A stretch of 64,000 nt of DNA from Pseudohongiellaceae bacterium (lineage in GTDB: Bacteria > Pseudomonadota > Gammaproteobacteria > Pseudomonadales > Pseudohongiellaceae), in contig JBBDLF010000038.1 of NCBI GenBank assembly GCA_040879025.1, positions 75,875-139,874 of the forward strand, written 5' to 3'. The translations under genes were made by a program, and so were the position numbers. This document shows positions 10,177-20,884 of the stretch, one piece after another (the first letter of the stretch is position 1; each line of letters starts with the position of its first letter). The notes under the pieces are model-generated. The model did no database searches, was not told the origin of the DNA, and worked only from the letters and a program-made list of their open reading frames with translations.

Positions 10177-11043
10177 ATGACAGAACCGCCCCGCGCCACG
10201 CCTGCCTTGTTCGTGGTGGCGACACCGATCGGTAATCTTCAGGACATTACCGCGCGTGCTGTGGAAGTATTGCGCAGCGTATCAGTTATCGCCGCGGAGG
10301 ATACCCGGCACAGCAGCAAATTGTTGCAACACATTGGCGCTACCGCAAAACTGCTGGCCTATCATGATTACAGTAGTAGTGAACGTACGGAAGAGTTGAT
10401 TCAGCGCATCCGTGGCGGTGAGTCAATGGCTCTTATTTCGGATGCCGGCACCCCATTGATTTCCGATCCCGGTTTCGAACTTGTGAAATTGGCCCGGAAC
10501 GAGGGTATAGCGGTCATCCCCGTGCCGGGACCCAGTGCGCTGACAGCGGCCTTGAGCATCTCCGGACTGCCCTGCGACCGATTTTGCTTTGAAGGGTTTT
10601 TGCCGGCGAAGCAGCCTGCCAGACTGAAACACCTCGAAGCGCTTGCAGAAGAACTACGTACCCTCGTGTTTTATGAAGCGCCGCACCGGATTCGGGCTGT
10701 TCTGATTGATATGGAAGCCGTATTCGGACGCGGCCGGAAAGCCTTTATTGGGCGCGAACTCACTAAAATCTACGAGTCCGCCACGGCCGGAACCCTGGAG
10801 CAATGTCGTGCCTGGATCGATGGGGACCAGAACCATCAAAGGGGTGAATTTGTCGTCGTGGTAGCCGGCGCGGACAAGGAGGCGGCCGGGGAGCAACGCC
10901 TCAGGCATGCGCTGTCCATAATTCCGATGCTGCTTGAACACATGTCGCCGTCTCGTGCGGCGGCGATTGCCGCCCAAATTACCGGGGCCAGAAAGAACTC
11001 GCTGTATGAGGCGGTAGTGAAGGCTGATAAACGGGACCCGTGA
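10177..11043 (+). CDS. rsmI: 16S rRNA (cytidine1402-2'-O)-methyltransferase
   Basis: The ATG at 10177 gives MTEPPRATPALFVVATPIGNLQDIT. AEDTRHSSKLL, SDAGTPLISDPG and FYEAPHR motifs are present. The ORF-track start at 10120 is probably too long. Confidence 0.9.
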   Translation: MTEPPRATPALFVVATPIGNLQDITARAVEVLRSVSVIAAEDTRHSSKLLQHIGATAKLLAYHDYSSSERTEELIQRIRGGESMALISDAGTPLISDPGFELVKLARNEGIAVIPVPGPSALTAALSISGLPCDRFCFEGFLPAKQPARLKHLEALAEELRTLVFYEAPHRIRAVLIDMEAVFGRGRKAFIGRELTKIYESATAGTLEQCRAWIDGDQNHQRGEFVVVVAGADKEAAGEQRLRHALSIIPMLLEHMSPSRAAAIAAQITGARKNSLYEAVVKADKRDP

Positions 11044-11090
11044 TGACAGCCGCGGTGCTTGCGTCCGGACGTGGCCTCGACTACTCTGCA

Positions 11091-11477
11091 GGCGAGTCAG
11101 CCGGGCAATTGCTGCCGTCGGGTCTTTGAAGGGCGTTTTTCGCCTTTCGAGGATGGCGGTGGAGGAAAGTCCGGGCTCCATAGAGCAGGGCGCCAGGTAA
11201 CACCTGGGGGGTGCGAACCCACGGAAAGTGCAACAGAAAGTATACCGCCCGGCTTCTTCTTTGGGGAAGTCAGGTAAGGGTGAAATGGTGCGGTAAGAGC
11301 GCACCGCGCGCCTGGTAACAGTGCGTGGCATGGTAAACCCCGCCCGGAGCAAGGCCAAATAGGAATCCCATGGTGTTGCTCGCACCGGATTCGGGTAGGC
11401 CGCTTCAGGCCTGCGGTGACGCAGGCCGCAGATGAATAATTGCCCCAGACAGAACCCGGCTTACAGGCTGACTCACT
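11091..11477 (+). ncRNA. rnpB: RNase P RNA, bacterial type A
   Basis: GGAGGAAAGTCCGGGCTCCATAG core, GCCAGGTAACACCTGGGGGGTGCGAACCCACGGAAAGTGCAACAGAAAG, GGTAAGGGTGAAATGGTGCGGTAAGAGCGCACC and ACAGAACCCGGCTTA. P1 pairs GAGTCAGCC (11094) with GGCTGACTC (ends 11474). Ends are approximate to +/-5 nt. Confidence 0.9.
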
Positions 11478-11669
11478 TTTATCTTCCCCATTTTCCGGAC
11501 TCTGTTCGGCTCTCGTCACCGCGCGGCTAATAATTTACTTTAAGTCTCGACCTTATCTCCATGTTTCACCGTGAATTGGTCTTTTCCAAATCACGGAAAC
11601 GTCACGTACAGGTCGGGGAAACAGCTGCAAGTTCCTGTTATTCCTTGATAAAAATCACATAAATATCGC

Positions 11670-11698
11670 TTGCAACAGGCAAAGCCTGTGCCTATAGT
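11670..11698 (+). promoter_or_regulatory. Putative sigma70 promoter of the dcw cluster (Pmra-like)
   Basis: TTGCAA (11670-11675), 17-nt spacer, TATAGT (11693-11698). It lies ~100 nt upstream of mraZ. Confidence 0.5.
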
Positions 11699-11704
11699 GT
11701 CGTT

Positions 11705-11746
11705 GTGTGGAAAAAAGTGGGAAAAATTGTCTAATAGTGGGAAATA
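11705..11746 (+). promoter_or_regulatory. Putative MraZ operator (GTGGG-type direct repeats)
   Basis: GTGTGGAAAAAA (11705), GTGGGAAAAA (11717) and GTGGGAAATA (11737) are direct repeats just downstream of the -10. This resembles the TGGGN repeats bound by E. coli MraZ. Confidence 0.45.
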
Positions 11747-11798
11747 AGGAGTCTAAGGTGTTTTTCAGTGTCAGGCGAGACCCAAACGGGAAAGGCTC

Positions 11799-12254
11799 AT
11801 GTTTCGTGGCGTAAATACAATCAATCTGGATGCCAAAGGGCGCATGGCGATGCCGGCGCGCTACCGTGAACAGTTGTTAGCCCATTGTAGCGGCCATCTT
11901 GTCGCGACCATTGATACCGAAGCCCGTTGCCTTCTTGTCTATCCCGTACAGGAGTGGGAGGAGATCCAGAGAAAAATCGAAGCCTTGCCGAGTCTGAATC
12001 CGGTAGCACGACGCTTGCAGCGGCTACTTATCGGTCACGCCACTGATTTGGAACTTGACGGCAGTGGCCGAGTGCTTTTGCCCCAGGCTTTACGTAGCTA
12101 CGCCGGGCTGGATAAACATGTGGCATTGATCGGTCAGGGCAAAAAGCTCGAATTGTGGAGTGAGCAGACCTGGACCGAGCAGAGAGAAAAATGGCTGGTC
12201 GAAGCTGATGCCGGAGAGGAGTTACCGGAAGAGCTCAGGTCGCTTTCACTTTAG
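11799..12254 (+). CDS. mraZ: Transcriptional regulator MraZ
   Basis: MFRGVNTINLDAKGRMAMPARYRE and a second SpoVT/AbrB-like repeat (LDGSGRVLLPQALR). It is the first gene of dcw. Confidence 0.95.
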   Translation: MFRGVNTINLDAKGRMAMPARYREQLLAHCSGHLVATIDTEARCLLVYPVQEWEEIQRKIEALPSLNPVARRLQRLLIGHATDLELDGSGRVLLPQALRSYAGLDKHVALIGQGKKLELWSEQTWTEQREKWLVEADAGEELPEELRSLSL

Positions 12255-12296
12255 TCAGCACATCGGTATTCGGATACGCCGGTTTGGGGTCGGATT

Positions 12297-13232
12297 ATGG
12301 CAGCCAGTTCGCGACATGAAACGGTCTTGTTGACCGAGGCAGTCGATGCCCTGATCGGAGACGTAGACGGGGTCTATATCGACGGTACATTTGGTCGTGG
12401 AGGCCATTCCCAATTGATTCTGGCGCGGCTGGGTCAGGCAGGTTCATTGCTGGCATTTGACAAGGACCCCGAGGCTATTGTCTGTGCCCGGGAACTCGAA
12501 GCGAAGGATGCGCGTTTCACGGCTGTTCATGCCAGCTTCAACAGTATGGAAACAGTGCTCGATGAAAAGGGCCTGACAGGGAAGGTTAGCGGTGTACTCC
12601 TGGATCTTGGCGTGTCCTCCCCGCAACTGGATCAACCGGAGAGAGGGTTCAGTTTCATGCAGGATGGCCCGCTTGACATGCGTATGAATCCCGGTGAAGG
12701 CGAATCAGCGAGCGATTGGGTGAATCGCGCCGGAGAAAAGGAAATAGCAGATGTGCTGTATACCTTCGGCGAAGAAAAATTTTCGCGTCGTATGGCCAGG
12801 GCCATCGTTGAAGCCCGCCGGGAAGAGCCAATCACCACTACCGGGCGACTGGCGCAAATCGTAAAGCAGGCGAACCCGGCCTGGGAAAGGGACAGGCATC
12901 CGGCGACAAGGGCTTTTCAGGCTATCCGCATATTTATCAATCGCGAACTTCTCGAACTCACCGCCGCGTTGGACCAGATTCTGCAAGTTTTACAAGTCGG
13001 TGGTCGCCTGGTGGTAATCAGCTTTCATTCGCTGGAAGACAGGATAGTTAAGAAATTCATCGCCGTGCAGACTAAGGGGGATAGTTTTCCCCGTCATCTA
13101 CCGGTAAGGCAGGCCCAGTTGAATCCGAGATTACGCCGCATTGGCAAAGCGATCCGCGCCGGTGCCGAGGAGATTACCGCGAATCCGCGAGCGCGCAGCG
13201 CCATGATGCGTGTTGCCGAGAAAGTCGCGTAA
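12297..13232 (+). CDS. rsmH: 16S rRNA (cytosine1402-N4)-methyltransferase
   Basis: HETVLLTEAVDAL, DGTFGRGGHS, LLDLGVSSPQLD, RGFSF and SFHSLEDRIVK motifs. Confidence 0.95.
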   Translation: MAASSRHETVLLTEAVDALIGDVDGVYIDGTFGRGGHSQLILARLGQAGSLLAFDKDPEAIVCARELEAKDARFTAVHASFNSMETVLDEKGLTGKVSGVLLDLGVSSPQLDQPERGFSFMQDGPLDMRMNPGEGESASDWVNRAGEKEIADVLYTFGEEKFSRRMARAIVEARREEPITTTGRLAQIVKQANPAWERDRHPATRAFQAIRIFINRELLELTAALDQILQVLQVGGRLVVISFHSLEDRIVKKFIAVQTKGDSFPRHLPVRQAQLNPRLRRIGKAIRAGAEEITANPRARSAMMRVAEKVA

Positions 13233-13286
13233 AGAAGTTGCGTAAAAACCTCGCGTAAAAAGCGTGAGAATTGACAGGGGTGCTTC

Positions 13287-13640
13287 ATGAGCCGGACCAG
13301 CCGCAATCAAAACGCGCGAACGCGAAAGCCCGCCGTCCAGGTCACAGTGATTGCCTGGGCGGGACTCGATCGCGCCGTGACCGGAGGGCTGGTGTTGCTT
13401 TTGGCGCTGGTGTTGTTCTCTGGATTACTGGTTGTGAGTTCCAGTCATCAGAACCGTGCCTGGTTTACCGAACTGCAGGCACTGAAGAACGCACACAACG
13501 AACTTCAGGTGCAACGGGGTCAGTTGTTGATAGAGCAAAGTACGTTTGGCCTGGAAGGAAGAATTGAGCAAAAGGCGATTGAGCAGTTGCAAATGCAAGT
13601 GCCGGCGCTGTCCGATATTGTGATGGTGAGAAATGACTGA
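13287..13640 (+). CDS. ftsL: Cell division protein FtsL
   Basis: 117 aa with a single TM helix followed by a coiled-coil (ELQALKNAHNELQVQRGQLLIEQS). It sits between rsmH and ftsI and overlaps the ftsI start. Confidence 0.8.
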   Translation: MSRTSRNQNARTRKPAVQVTVIAWAGLDRAVTGGLVLLLALVLFSGLLVVSSSHQNRAWFTELQALKNAHNELQVQRGQLLIEQSTFGLEGRIEQKAIEQLQMQVPALSDIVMVRND

Positions 13641-15360
13641 CAAGGTAAAAGGGCAACTGCCCGGGTTCAACTGGCGCGTGTATCTGGTGTATGCCGCGTT
13701 AAGCGTTTGTGTGGGAGTCATTGGCTGGAAGGTAACCACGCTACATGTTCTGGAACGAGATTTTCTTCAAGGGCAGGGGGACGCCAGGACGGTCAGAACC
13801 GAGGAGATCGCAGCGCATCGCGGCATCATTACCGACCGCAATGGCGAGCCTCTTGCGGTCAGTACCCCGGTGCGGTCCATCTGGGTGAACCCCAAGGAAA
13901 TCATTCGCGACGATCAGGCGATACTCCGCCTCGCCGAACTGCTGGAGCTGAACGCTTCAGTACTGAGCACCAATATTGAGAACAATAGCGGCCGGGAGTT
14001 TCTTTACGTAAAGCGGCGATTGCCTCCTGCTGACGCGGACAGCATTCTGGCGTTGGGACTGACCGGTGTTTATGCACAGCAGGAATATCAGCGCTACTAT
14101 CCCCAGGGTGAGGTGGCCGCTCATCTGATCGGTTTCACCAACGTGGACGATGTGGGCCAGGAAGGGGTCGAATTGACTTACGAGGACTGGCTGCGAGGTG
14201 TGCCGGGCAGTCAAATGGTCATGAAAGACCGTCGCGGCCGCATTATCCAGGAGCTCAATACGCTTGCGACTGCGGAGCCCGGTAGAAATCTGGAGCTGAG
14301 CATCGATTTCCGACTGCAGAATCTGGCTTACCGGGAACTGAAGGAAGAATTCGTCAAGCGGCAGGCCAAATCAGGTTCCGCCGTAATCATGGATGTTGAT
14401 ACCGGAGAGGTGCTGGCTATGGTGAACCAGCCTTCATACAACCCCAATAATAAATCCAACATGACCGATTTCGACGTGATGCGCAATCGTGCCATCACGG
14501 ATGTCTTTGAACCCGGTTCCACGGTGAAGGCATTCACTGTTGCCGCCGCACTCGAGAGTGGCCTGTATACACCGCAGACCCTGGTGGAAACCCGTGGCTG
14601 GATGATGGTGGAAGGCAAGGAAGTGAAGGACAGTCTGAACTACGGCACGCTGACGGTGGAAAAGATAATCACGAAGTCGAGTAATGTCGGCTCTTCCAAA
14701 ATCGCATTGAAAATAGGCCCGGAACCGATCCGTGACCTCATGGCGAGAGTTGGCTTCGGTGAAGTAATCGGCACTGGATTTCCCGGCGAACGGGGCGGTG
14801 TGTTGCCCAACCATCGTCGCTGGAGTCAGATAGAAATCGCCACCCTCTCGTATGGCTACGGATTGTCTGTTTCGGCATTGCAGTTGGCGCGGGCTTACAC
14901 CACGCTGGCAAGCGGTGGCATCAAAAAGCCGGTTTTCCTGTTGAAACTGAGTGCGGCCGAGACCGATACATATCCACGTGAACGCGTGCTTGATGCGCAG
15001 ATCGCGGCAGATGTAACGGCGATGCTGGAGACTGTGGTCGATCCCGATCTGGGGGGTACGGCAGTCGAGGCCAATGTGCCGTTCTATCACGTGGCGGGAA
15101 AGACCGGTACCTCTCGCGTGGTGGGAGAGTTCGGTTACCAGGAGGATAACCATAACTCTCTCTTTGTAGGATACGCTCCTGCCGAGAATCCGGAAATCGT
15201 GGTCGTTGTGATAATCAATGAACCCCAGGGCGAAGAACATTATGGCGGCCAGGTGGCGGCACCGGTGTTTTCCAGAATAGTAGCGGGTGCAATGCGTATT
15301 TTGAATGTACCACCGGACAAGCAGGAGCCCGCCAGGTTAATGGACGTCACCCGGTTGTAG
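13633..15360 (+). CDS. ftsI: Peptidoglycan D,D-transpeptidase FtsI (PBP3)
   Basis: N-terminal anchor with transpeptidase motifs STVK, SSN and KTGT. Confidence 0.95.
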   Translation: MTDKVKGQLPGFNWRVYLVYAALSVCVGVIGWKVTTLHVLERDFLQGQGDARTVRTEEIAAHRGIITDRNGEPLAVSTPVRSIWVNPKEIIRDDQAILRLAELLELNASVLSTNIENNSGREFLYVKRRLPPADADSILALGLTGVYAQQEYQRYYPQGEVAAHLIGFTNVDDVGQEGVELTYEDWLRGVPGSQMVMKDRRGRIIQELNTLATAEPGRNLELSIDFRLQNLAYRELKEEFVKRQAKSGSAVIMDVDTGEVLAMVNQPSYNPNNKSNMTDFDVMRNRAITDVFEPGSTVKAFTVAAALESGLYTPQTLVETRGWMMVEGKEVKDSLNYGTLTVEKIITKSSNVGSSKIALKIGPEPIRDLMARVGFGEVIGTGFPGERGGVLPNHRRWSQIEIATLSYGYGLSVSALQLARAYTTLASGGIKKPVFLLKLSAAETDTYPRERVLDAQIAADVTAMLETVVDPDLGGTAVEANVPFYHVAGKTGTSRVVGEFGYQEDNHNSLFVGYAPAENPEIVVVVIINEPQGEEHYGGQVAAPVFSRIVAGAMRILNVPPDKQEPARLMDVTRL

Positions 15361-15442
15361 TGAAATGCAGCCGACCAAAGGATCAGACAGAGACAGTGCG
15401 CAACGGTCAACGAATTAAATCAGGCAAGAGAATAGTGGTGGC

Positions 15443-16987
15443 ATGAATACAGCAGAAAATATTGTCGGCGCCGCTTCTCTGGACGATCTGGTCCGGGGTT
15501 TGGTCGATCTGCCTGAAGATTTGCCTCCGGTTTTTATGCGCACGAGTGTCACAGGCGTGAAAATGGACAGTCGTCAATTGCAGCCCGGTGATTTGTTCCT
15601 GGCGTGTTTCGGTCGCAACCATGATGCCCGTCACTTCATCAATTACGCTATCAAGGCCGGTGCCGGTGCAGTGGTTGCTGAGTCGGGAGGCGATTGGCAG
15701 GGTCTCACGGTGGTGGATAATGTGCCGGTTCTTGCCGTGGATAATCTGTCAGCCAAGCTGAGCGAAATTGCCGGCCGATTTTACCGGATGCCAAGTCATG
15801 CGATGACTGTGTTCGGCATTACCGGCACCAATGGTAAAACCAGTTGCAGCCAGTTTATCGCCGCCGCCCTTGCGGAGCTGGGGTATCGTTGTGGAATTCT
15901 CGGTACGTTGGGATATGGACCCTATGGTGAACTTGAGGACGTTGAACTCACCACACCCGATCCGGTGTTTACACAGATGGCACTGGCACAGATGCATCAT
16001 GAGCATCTGGAACCCATAGCGATGGAAGTCTCTTCAGTCGGCCTGCATCAGCACCGTGTCAGGGCCTTGAAATTTGATACGGTCATTTTTACCAATCTGA
16101 CCCGCGATCACCTGGACTACCATGAAACCATGGAATCCTATGCTGAAAACAAGCGCAAACTTTTTATGATGGACGGGTTGCGCAGCGCAGTCGTCAACCT
16201 GGACGACGCTTATGCCCTGCCCATGATAAATTCGCTTGCCAATCAGGTTGCGGTTTATACCTACAGTGTGGAAAGTCCTGCCGCGACGATTCACACCAGC
16301 GCCCTTTCACTTGAGGAGAACGGCTACACCGCAACGGTCAACACACCCATTGGCAGTGGCAATCTCACGGGCAAACTGCTTGGCCGATTCAATATCAGCA
16401 ACCTGCTGGCAGTGATAGCGGTATTGATCAGCTATCTTGACCGACGGGGAGGTGCCGCGGACATCGACACAATTCTGGCCGCGGTGGCGCGGCTTGAGCC
16501 TGTCAATGGCCGTATGGAAATTGTCGGCAGCGGCGATATCACGGCTGTGGTCGACTACGCTCACACCCCCGACGGTCTGAAGTGTGCGCTCAGCGCGCTA
16601 CGCGGCCATTTCACGGGCAGGATATGGTGCATCTTCGGTTGTGGCGGTAATCGTGATCAGGGAAAGCGCCCGATGATGGGTGAAATTGCCGAGCAATTTG
16701 CTGACGAACTGATTATTGCCGACGATAACCCCCGCAACGAAGAGGGTGACAATATCGTACAGCATATTCTCAGCGGCATCAGCGACCGTTCCCGTGTCAC
16801 CATTCTGCGTGATCGCGGGGCCGCCATAGATTTCGCCATTACCCGTGCGACATCGGGCGACGTGGTACTGGTGGCTGGAAAGGGACACGAAAACTATCAG
16901 GACATCAGGGGTAGCCGAATTCTTTTTAGTGACAGAAACCAGGTCAGGCTCGCTCTGCAGAAACGTGGTGGTGGTCTTGCAAATTGA
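15443..16987 (+). CDS. murE: UDP-N-acetylmuramoyl-L-alanyl-D-glutamate--2,6-diaminopimelate ligase
   Basis: GITGTNGKTS P-loop, DNPR motif (DDNPRNE) and dcw position. Confidence 0.95.
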   Translation: MNTAENIVGAASLDDLVRGLVDLPEDLPPVFMRTSVTGVKMDSRQLQPGDLFLACFGRNHDARHFINYAIKAGAGAVVAESGGDWQGLTVVDNVPVLAVDNLSAKLSEIAGRFYRMPSHAMTVFGITGTNGKTSCSQFIAAALAELGYRCGILGTLGYGPYGELEDVELTTPDPVFTQMALAQMHHEHLEPIAMEVSSVGLHQHRVRALKFDTVIFTNLTRDHLDYHETMESYAENKRKLFMMDGLRSAVVNLDDAYALPMINSLANQVAVYTYSVESPAATIHTSALSLEENGYTATVNTPIGSGNLTGKLLGRFNISNLLAVIAVLISYLDRRGGAADIDTILAAVARLEPVNGRMEIVGSGDITAVVDYAHTPDGLKCALSALRGHFTGRIWCIFGCGGNRDQGKRPMMGEIAEQFADELIIADDNPRNEEGDNIVQHILSGISDRSRVTILRDRGAAIDFAITRATSGDVVLVAGKGHENYQDIRGSRILFSDRNQVRLALQKRGGGLAN

Positions 16988-16990
16988 TCA

Positions 16991-18367
16991 GTGCAGGTTA
17001 CCGGATTGATAAATAATTTGAGCCTTGCGGAATTGATTGAACCTTTGGAGGGCAGCTTGTCCGGGACAAGTGTCATATTCAGTGCGGTATCCACGGATAC
17101 TCGAACCCTGTCCGGGGGCGAGTTGTATGTGGCATTGCGGGGGGAAGCTTTCGACGGCAATGAGTTTGTCGGCGAAGCCCAGGCCAGGGGCGCTTGCGCC
17201 GCGATTGTCAGTGCCGAGGTGGTGGCTGACATACCCTTGTTGCGGGTTGCCGATACCACCGCCGCACTGGGCCAATTGGGTCGACTGAACCGCCAATTGT
17301 CTCAGGCGAAGGTGCTTGCTCTGACTGGAAGTCAGGGAAAGACCACGGTCAAGGAAATGACCGGCGCGATTCTGGAACAGAACGCACAGATATTATTGAC
17401 TCGCGGGAACTACAATAATGCCATTGGTGTGCCACTCACGTTGATGAACCTGACTAAACAACATGAATTCGCGGTATTGGAATTGGGCGCGAACGCGCCA
17501 GGCGAAATTGCCTACAGTGTCAGTCTGGTTCGACCGGAAGTTGTGTTGATCACCAATGCAGCCGAAACGCACCTTGAAGGTTTTGGCGACCTTGACGGTG
17601 TGGTACGGACAAAGGGCGAAATCATTGACGGCGTTGCCGCGGCCGGTACGGTAATACTCAACGCCGATGATCCGGCTTTTAATGAATGGAAAGCGAGAGC
17701 GGGAAACAAACGAACCGTTGCCTTCTCGCTGCGCGCTGATGCAGATCATGCCCAATATCGCGCGGCGGAAATTGAACTCGCTGCCGAAGGCAGCAGGTTC
17801 ACCCTGGTTACCCCTTTGGGATCCGCCCGGATTAGTCTGCCGTTTCCGGGAGGGCACAATATTGCCAATGCCCTTGCCGCAGCCGCATTAAGTATGGAAG
17901 CCGGTGCGAACCTTGAAAGTGTGGTGACAGGCCTCGACGGCGCCAAACCGCCAAGGGGAAGATTGAACGTGTTACGCGGACGCGGCGGCAGCATCCTGAT
18001 TGATGACAGCTATAACGCCAGCCCGAGCTCATTCCGGGCCGCCATTGATGTCCTCGCTGAATTTTCCGGTTACCGGATCGTGGTGATCGGCGATATGGGT
18101 GAGTTGGGTCCGGCAGCGGAACAGGCGCACCGGGACGTGGGGAAATACGCCGCAAAACACGGCATCGACGGTGTGTGGTCTGTAGGGCCGCTCAGCGAAC
18201 AGGCATCGCGGGTTTTCGGACCGGGCGGAGAGCACTTTGCCACCCGGGCTGAATTGGTGGAAAACTGTCTGGCACGAATGGATGCGAACACTGCCATTCT
18301 GATCAAGGGTTCGCGAAGCGCCGGTATGGATGTGGTGGTCAGCGAATTGAAGAGCGAGGATAACTGA
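16991..18367 (+). CDS. murF: UDP-N-acetylmuramoyl-tripeptide--D-alanyl-D-alanine ligase
   Basis: GTG start 3 nt after the murE stop, [13 protein letters not shown]-loop, DDSYNASP. Confidence 0.9.
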   Translation: MQVTGLINNLSLAELIEPLEGSLSGTSVIFSAVSTDTRTLSGGELYVALRGEAFDGNEFVGEAQARGACAAIVSAEVVADIPLLRVADTTAALGQLGRLNRQLSQAKVLALTGSQGKTTVKEMTGAILEQNAQILLTRGNYNNAIGVPLTLMNLTKQHEFAVLELGANAPGEIAYSVSLVRPEVVLITNAAETHLEGFGDLDGVVRTKGEIIDGVAAAGTVILNADDPAFNEWKARAGNKRTVAFSLRADADHAQYRAAEIELAAEGSRFTLVTPLGSARISLPFPGGHNIANALAAAALSMEAGANLESVVTGLDGAKPPRGRLNVLRGRGGSILIDDSYNASPSSFRAAIDVLAEFSGYRIVVIGDMGELGPAAEQAHRDVGKYAAKHGIDGVWSVGPLSEQASRVFGPGGEHFATRAELVENCLARMDANTAILIKGSRSAGMDVVVSELKSEDN

Positions 18368-19449
18368 TGCTGCTTTGGCTGGCGGAGTACCTGGTGCAAT
18401 ACAACAGCAACTTTTCCGTTGTTCAGTATATTACCGTGCGGACAATTTTCAGCATTCTGACGGCGCTGGGAATCTCCCTGGTCATCGGGCCGGCAATGAT
18501 TCGGCGGCTGAACTATCACCAGATAGGACAGGTTGTACGGGACGACGGGCCGGAAACTCATTTCAGCAAAGCGGGTACTCCCACCATGGGCGGTGCGCTG
18601 ATACTGGTCAGTATCGGGTTGAGTACCCTTTTATGGTCCGACCTCAGTAACCATTACGTGTGGGTGGTGTTGCTGGTCACACTGCTGTTCGGAGCCGTCG
18701 GCTGGGTGGATGATTACCGCAAGGTATTTGGTAAGGATCCGGCCGGCCTGTCGGCGCGCTGGAAGTATTTCTGGCAGTCGGTGATCGGTTTTGGAGCCGC
18801 TGTCATGTTATACAGTACTGCTCTTGGACCCTCCGAAACACAGTATATTGTTCCGTTCTTCAAGGATGTCGGTCTGGACATCGGAGTCTTTTATATACTG
18901 ATCAGTTATTTTGTCATTGTTGGCAGCAGCAATGCCGTCAACCTCACAGACGGCCTTGACGGTCTGGCGATATTACCAACAGTGATGGTTGGCGGAGCCC
19001 TGGGCGTCATTGCCTACCTCGCCGGCCATGTAGAATTTTCCGAGTATTTGCGCATTCCCTATATATTCGGCGCCGGTGAAGCGGTAATTTTTTCGGGCGC
19101 GCTGCTCGGTGCCGGGCTTGGGTTTCTCTGGTTCAATACCTATCCCGCCCAGATATTCATGGGGGATGTCGGCGCTCTTGCCCTGGGCGCGGCACTGGGT
19201 GTGCTGGCAATCGTGGCGCGACATGAAATCGTACTCTTTATTATGGGCGGTGTTTTTGTCATGGAAACCGTGTCGGTCATCCTTCAGGTCGCTTCCTATA
19301 AATTGACCGGAAAACGGTTGTTCCGAATGGCGCCATTGCATCACCATTTTGAGCTTAAGGGTTGGCCCGAGCCGCGTGTCATTGTCCGGTTCTGGATAAT
19401 AACGGTGATGCTGGTGTTATTTGGTCTGGCCACCCTGAAATTGCGCTAG
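18367..19449 (+). CDS. mraY: Phospho-N-acetylmuramoyl-pentapeptide transferase
   Basis: [22 protein letters not shown] and [11 protein letters not shown] motifs. The start overlaps the murF stop by 1 nt. Confidence 0.95.
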   Translation: MLLWLAEYLVQYNSNFSVVQYITVRTIFSILTALGISLVIGPAMIRRLNYHQIGQVVRDDGPETHFSKAGTPTMGGALILVSIGLSTLLWSDLSNHYVWVVLLVTLLFGAVGWVDDYRKVFGKDPAGLSARWKYFWQSVIGFGAAVMLYSTALGPSETQYIVPFFKDVGLDIGVFYILISYFVIVGSSNAVNLTDGLDGLAILPTVMVGGALGVIAYLAGHVEFSEYLRIPYIFGAGEAVIFSGALLGAGLGFLWFNTYPAQIFMGDVGALALGAALGVLAIVARHEIVLFIMGGVFVMETVSVILQVASYKLTGKRLFRMAPLHHHFELKGWPEPRVIVRFWIITVMLVLFGLATLKLR

Positions 19450-19477
19450 GGAGCGGCTGGGAGCGAGGCAGGCGCGA

Positions 19478-20884
19478 ATGCAAACGGATACAAAAACGGA
19501 TGTCAAAACGAAGAACGGAAAAATCAGCGTGATTATCGGATTAGGAACAACCGGTCTCTCATGTGCCCGGTATTATGCGGCACGGAACCTGCCTTTCAAG
19601 GTAGTGGACAGCCGCGTTGCGCCTCCCGGTCTTGCCTGTCTGAAAAAGAGTTTTCCCCGGGTTGAGATTGAGCTTGGTGCATTCAATCCTGCTACGTTGT
19701 TCAATGCCAGCGAACTGGTCATCAGCCCGGGAGTCAGCCTTGATGTGCCGGAAATACGGGACGCTATCGCGACAGGAGTACCCGTCACCGGAGACATCGA
19801 TATTTTCAGTAAACAGGTGAGTGCGCCCATCATTGCCGTCACCGGGTCGAACGGCAAGAGTACTGTGGTGGCGCTGCTGGCGGAGATATTCTCAAGGGCG
19901 AACATTAACTTCGGTCTCGGTGGAAATCTGGATGGTGACCGGGCGAAACCGGCACTGGATTTGTTGCTGGAATCAGAATCCGACCCTGGTGAGGCGCGGG
20001 AGAAAACGCTTTATCTGCTTGAGCTTTCCAGTTTTCAACTGGAGACCACGATGGCACTCGGTGCCGAGGTCGCGGTCTTGCTGAACCTGAGCGAAGACCA
20101 TATGGACCGGTATCCTGATATGGCTGCCTATCATCGGACCAAGCAGAAAGTTTTCATCGGCGCCAGACAGATTGTGGTTAATCGCGACGACAGCTACAGC
20201 AAGCCGCTGGATGCCCACGATGCCCTTGTATGGGATTACGGCGTAAACAGCCCGAGTACTCATGGATTCGGTTTGCTGGAAGTCGACGGTGATCAGTACC
20301 TTTCGTTCCGGTTTCAGGAACTCATTTCAATACAAGAGCTTAAGGTATTCGGCCAGCACAATGTATCCAATGTACTCGCGGCCATTACCATTGCCACGGC
20401 CGCAGGCATTGACAGGGAAGCGATACTGGATGCAGTCAGAAATTTTGCAGGGCTCCCACACCGCTGTCAGTGGGTAAGGACACTTCGGGGCGTCGAATAT
20501 TACAACGACTCCAAAGGGACAAATGTAGGCGCCACGGTCGCTGCCATTGAGGGCTTGGGTCAAAAATTGAGTGGTCACATCATACTGATTGCCGGAGGCA
20601 TCGGTAAGGGTGCGGACTTTGCCCCCCTGGCGCCTGCAGTGAACCGTTGGGCCCGTGAAGTCATTCTGATCGGTCGCGATGCTGTTGAATTGGCCGCCAC
20701 ATTTGACAGCGATACCCGGATCTTTTTTGCCGATGGGCTGCCCGAAGCGGTTGTGCTGGCCGCAAGTCACGCCACAGCCGGTGACGCGATACTGCTGTCC
20801 CCCGCTTGCGCCAGCTTCGACATGTTCGGAAATTTTCAGCAGCGGGGCGAGGTGTTTATCAATGCAGTGGAGAGCCTTGCATGA
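19478..20884 (+). CDS. murD: UDP-N-acetylmuramoylalanine--D-glutamate ligase
   Basis: GLGTTGLS Rossmann start, VTGSNGKSTV P-loop, DSKGTNVGA. Confidence 0.95.
   Translation: MQTDTKTDVKTKNGKISVIIGLGTTGLSCARYYAARNLPFKVVDSRVAPPGLACLKKSFPRVEIELGAFNPATLFNASELVISPGVSLDVPEIRDAIATGVPVTGDIDIFSKQVSAPIIAVTGSNGKSTVVALLAEIFSRANINFGLGGNLDGDRAKPALDLLLESESDPGEAREKTLYLLELSSFQLETTMALGAEVAVLLNLSEDHMDRYPDMAAYHRTKQKVFIGARQIVVNRDDSYSKPLDAHDALVWDYGVNSPSTHGFGLLEVDGDQYLSFRFQELISIQELKVFGQHNVSNVLAAITIATAAGIDREAILDAVRNFAGLPHRCQWVRTLRGVEYYNDSKGTNVGATVAAIEGLGQKLSGHIILIAGGIGKGADFAPLAPAVNRWAREVILIGRDAVELAATFDSDTRIFFADGLPEAVVLAASHATAGDAILLSPACASFDMFGNFQQRGEVFINAVESLA

Noticed and set aside
10654-11519. Two minus-strand ORFs (243 aa and 140 aa) spanning the rsmI end and the rsmI-mraZ spacer.
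   Set aside because: They overlap the RNase P RNA gene (11091-11477), whose conserved core is unmistakable on the plus strand. The ORFs are artefacts of a structured GC-rich RNA gene.
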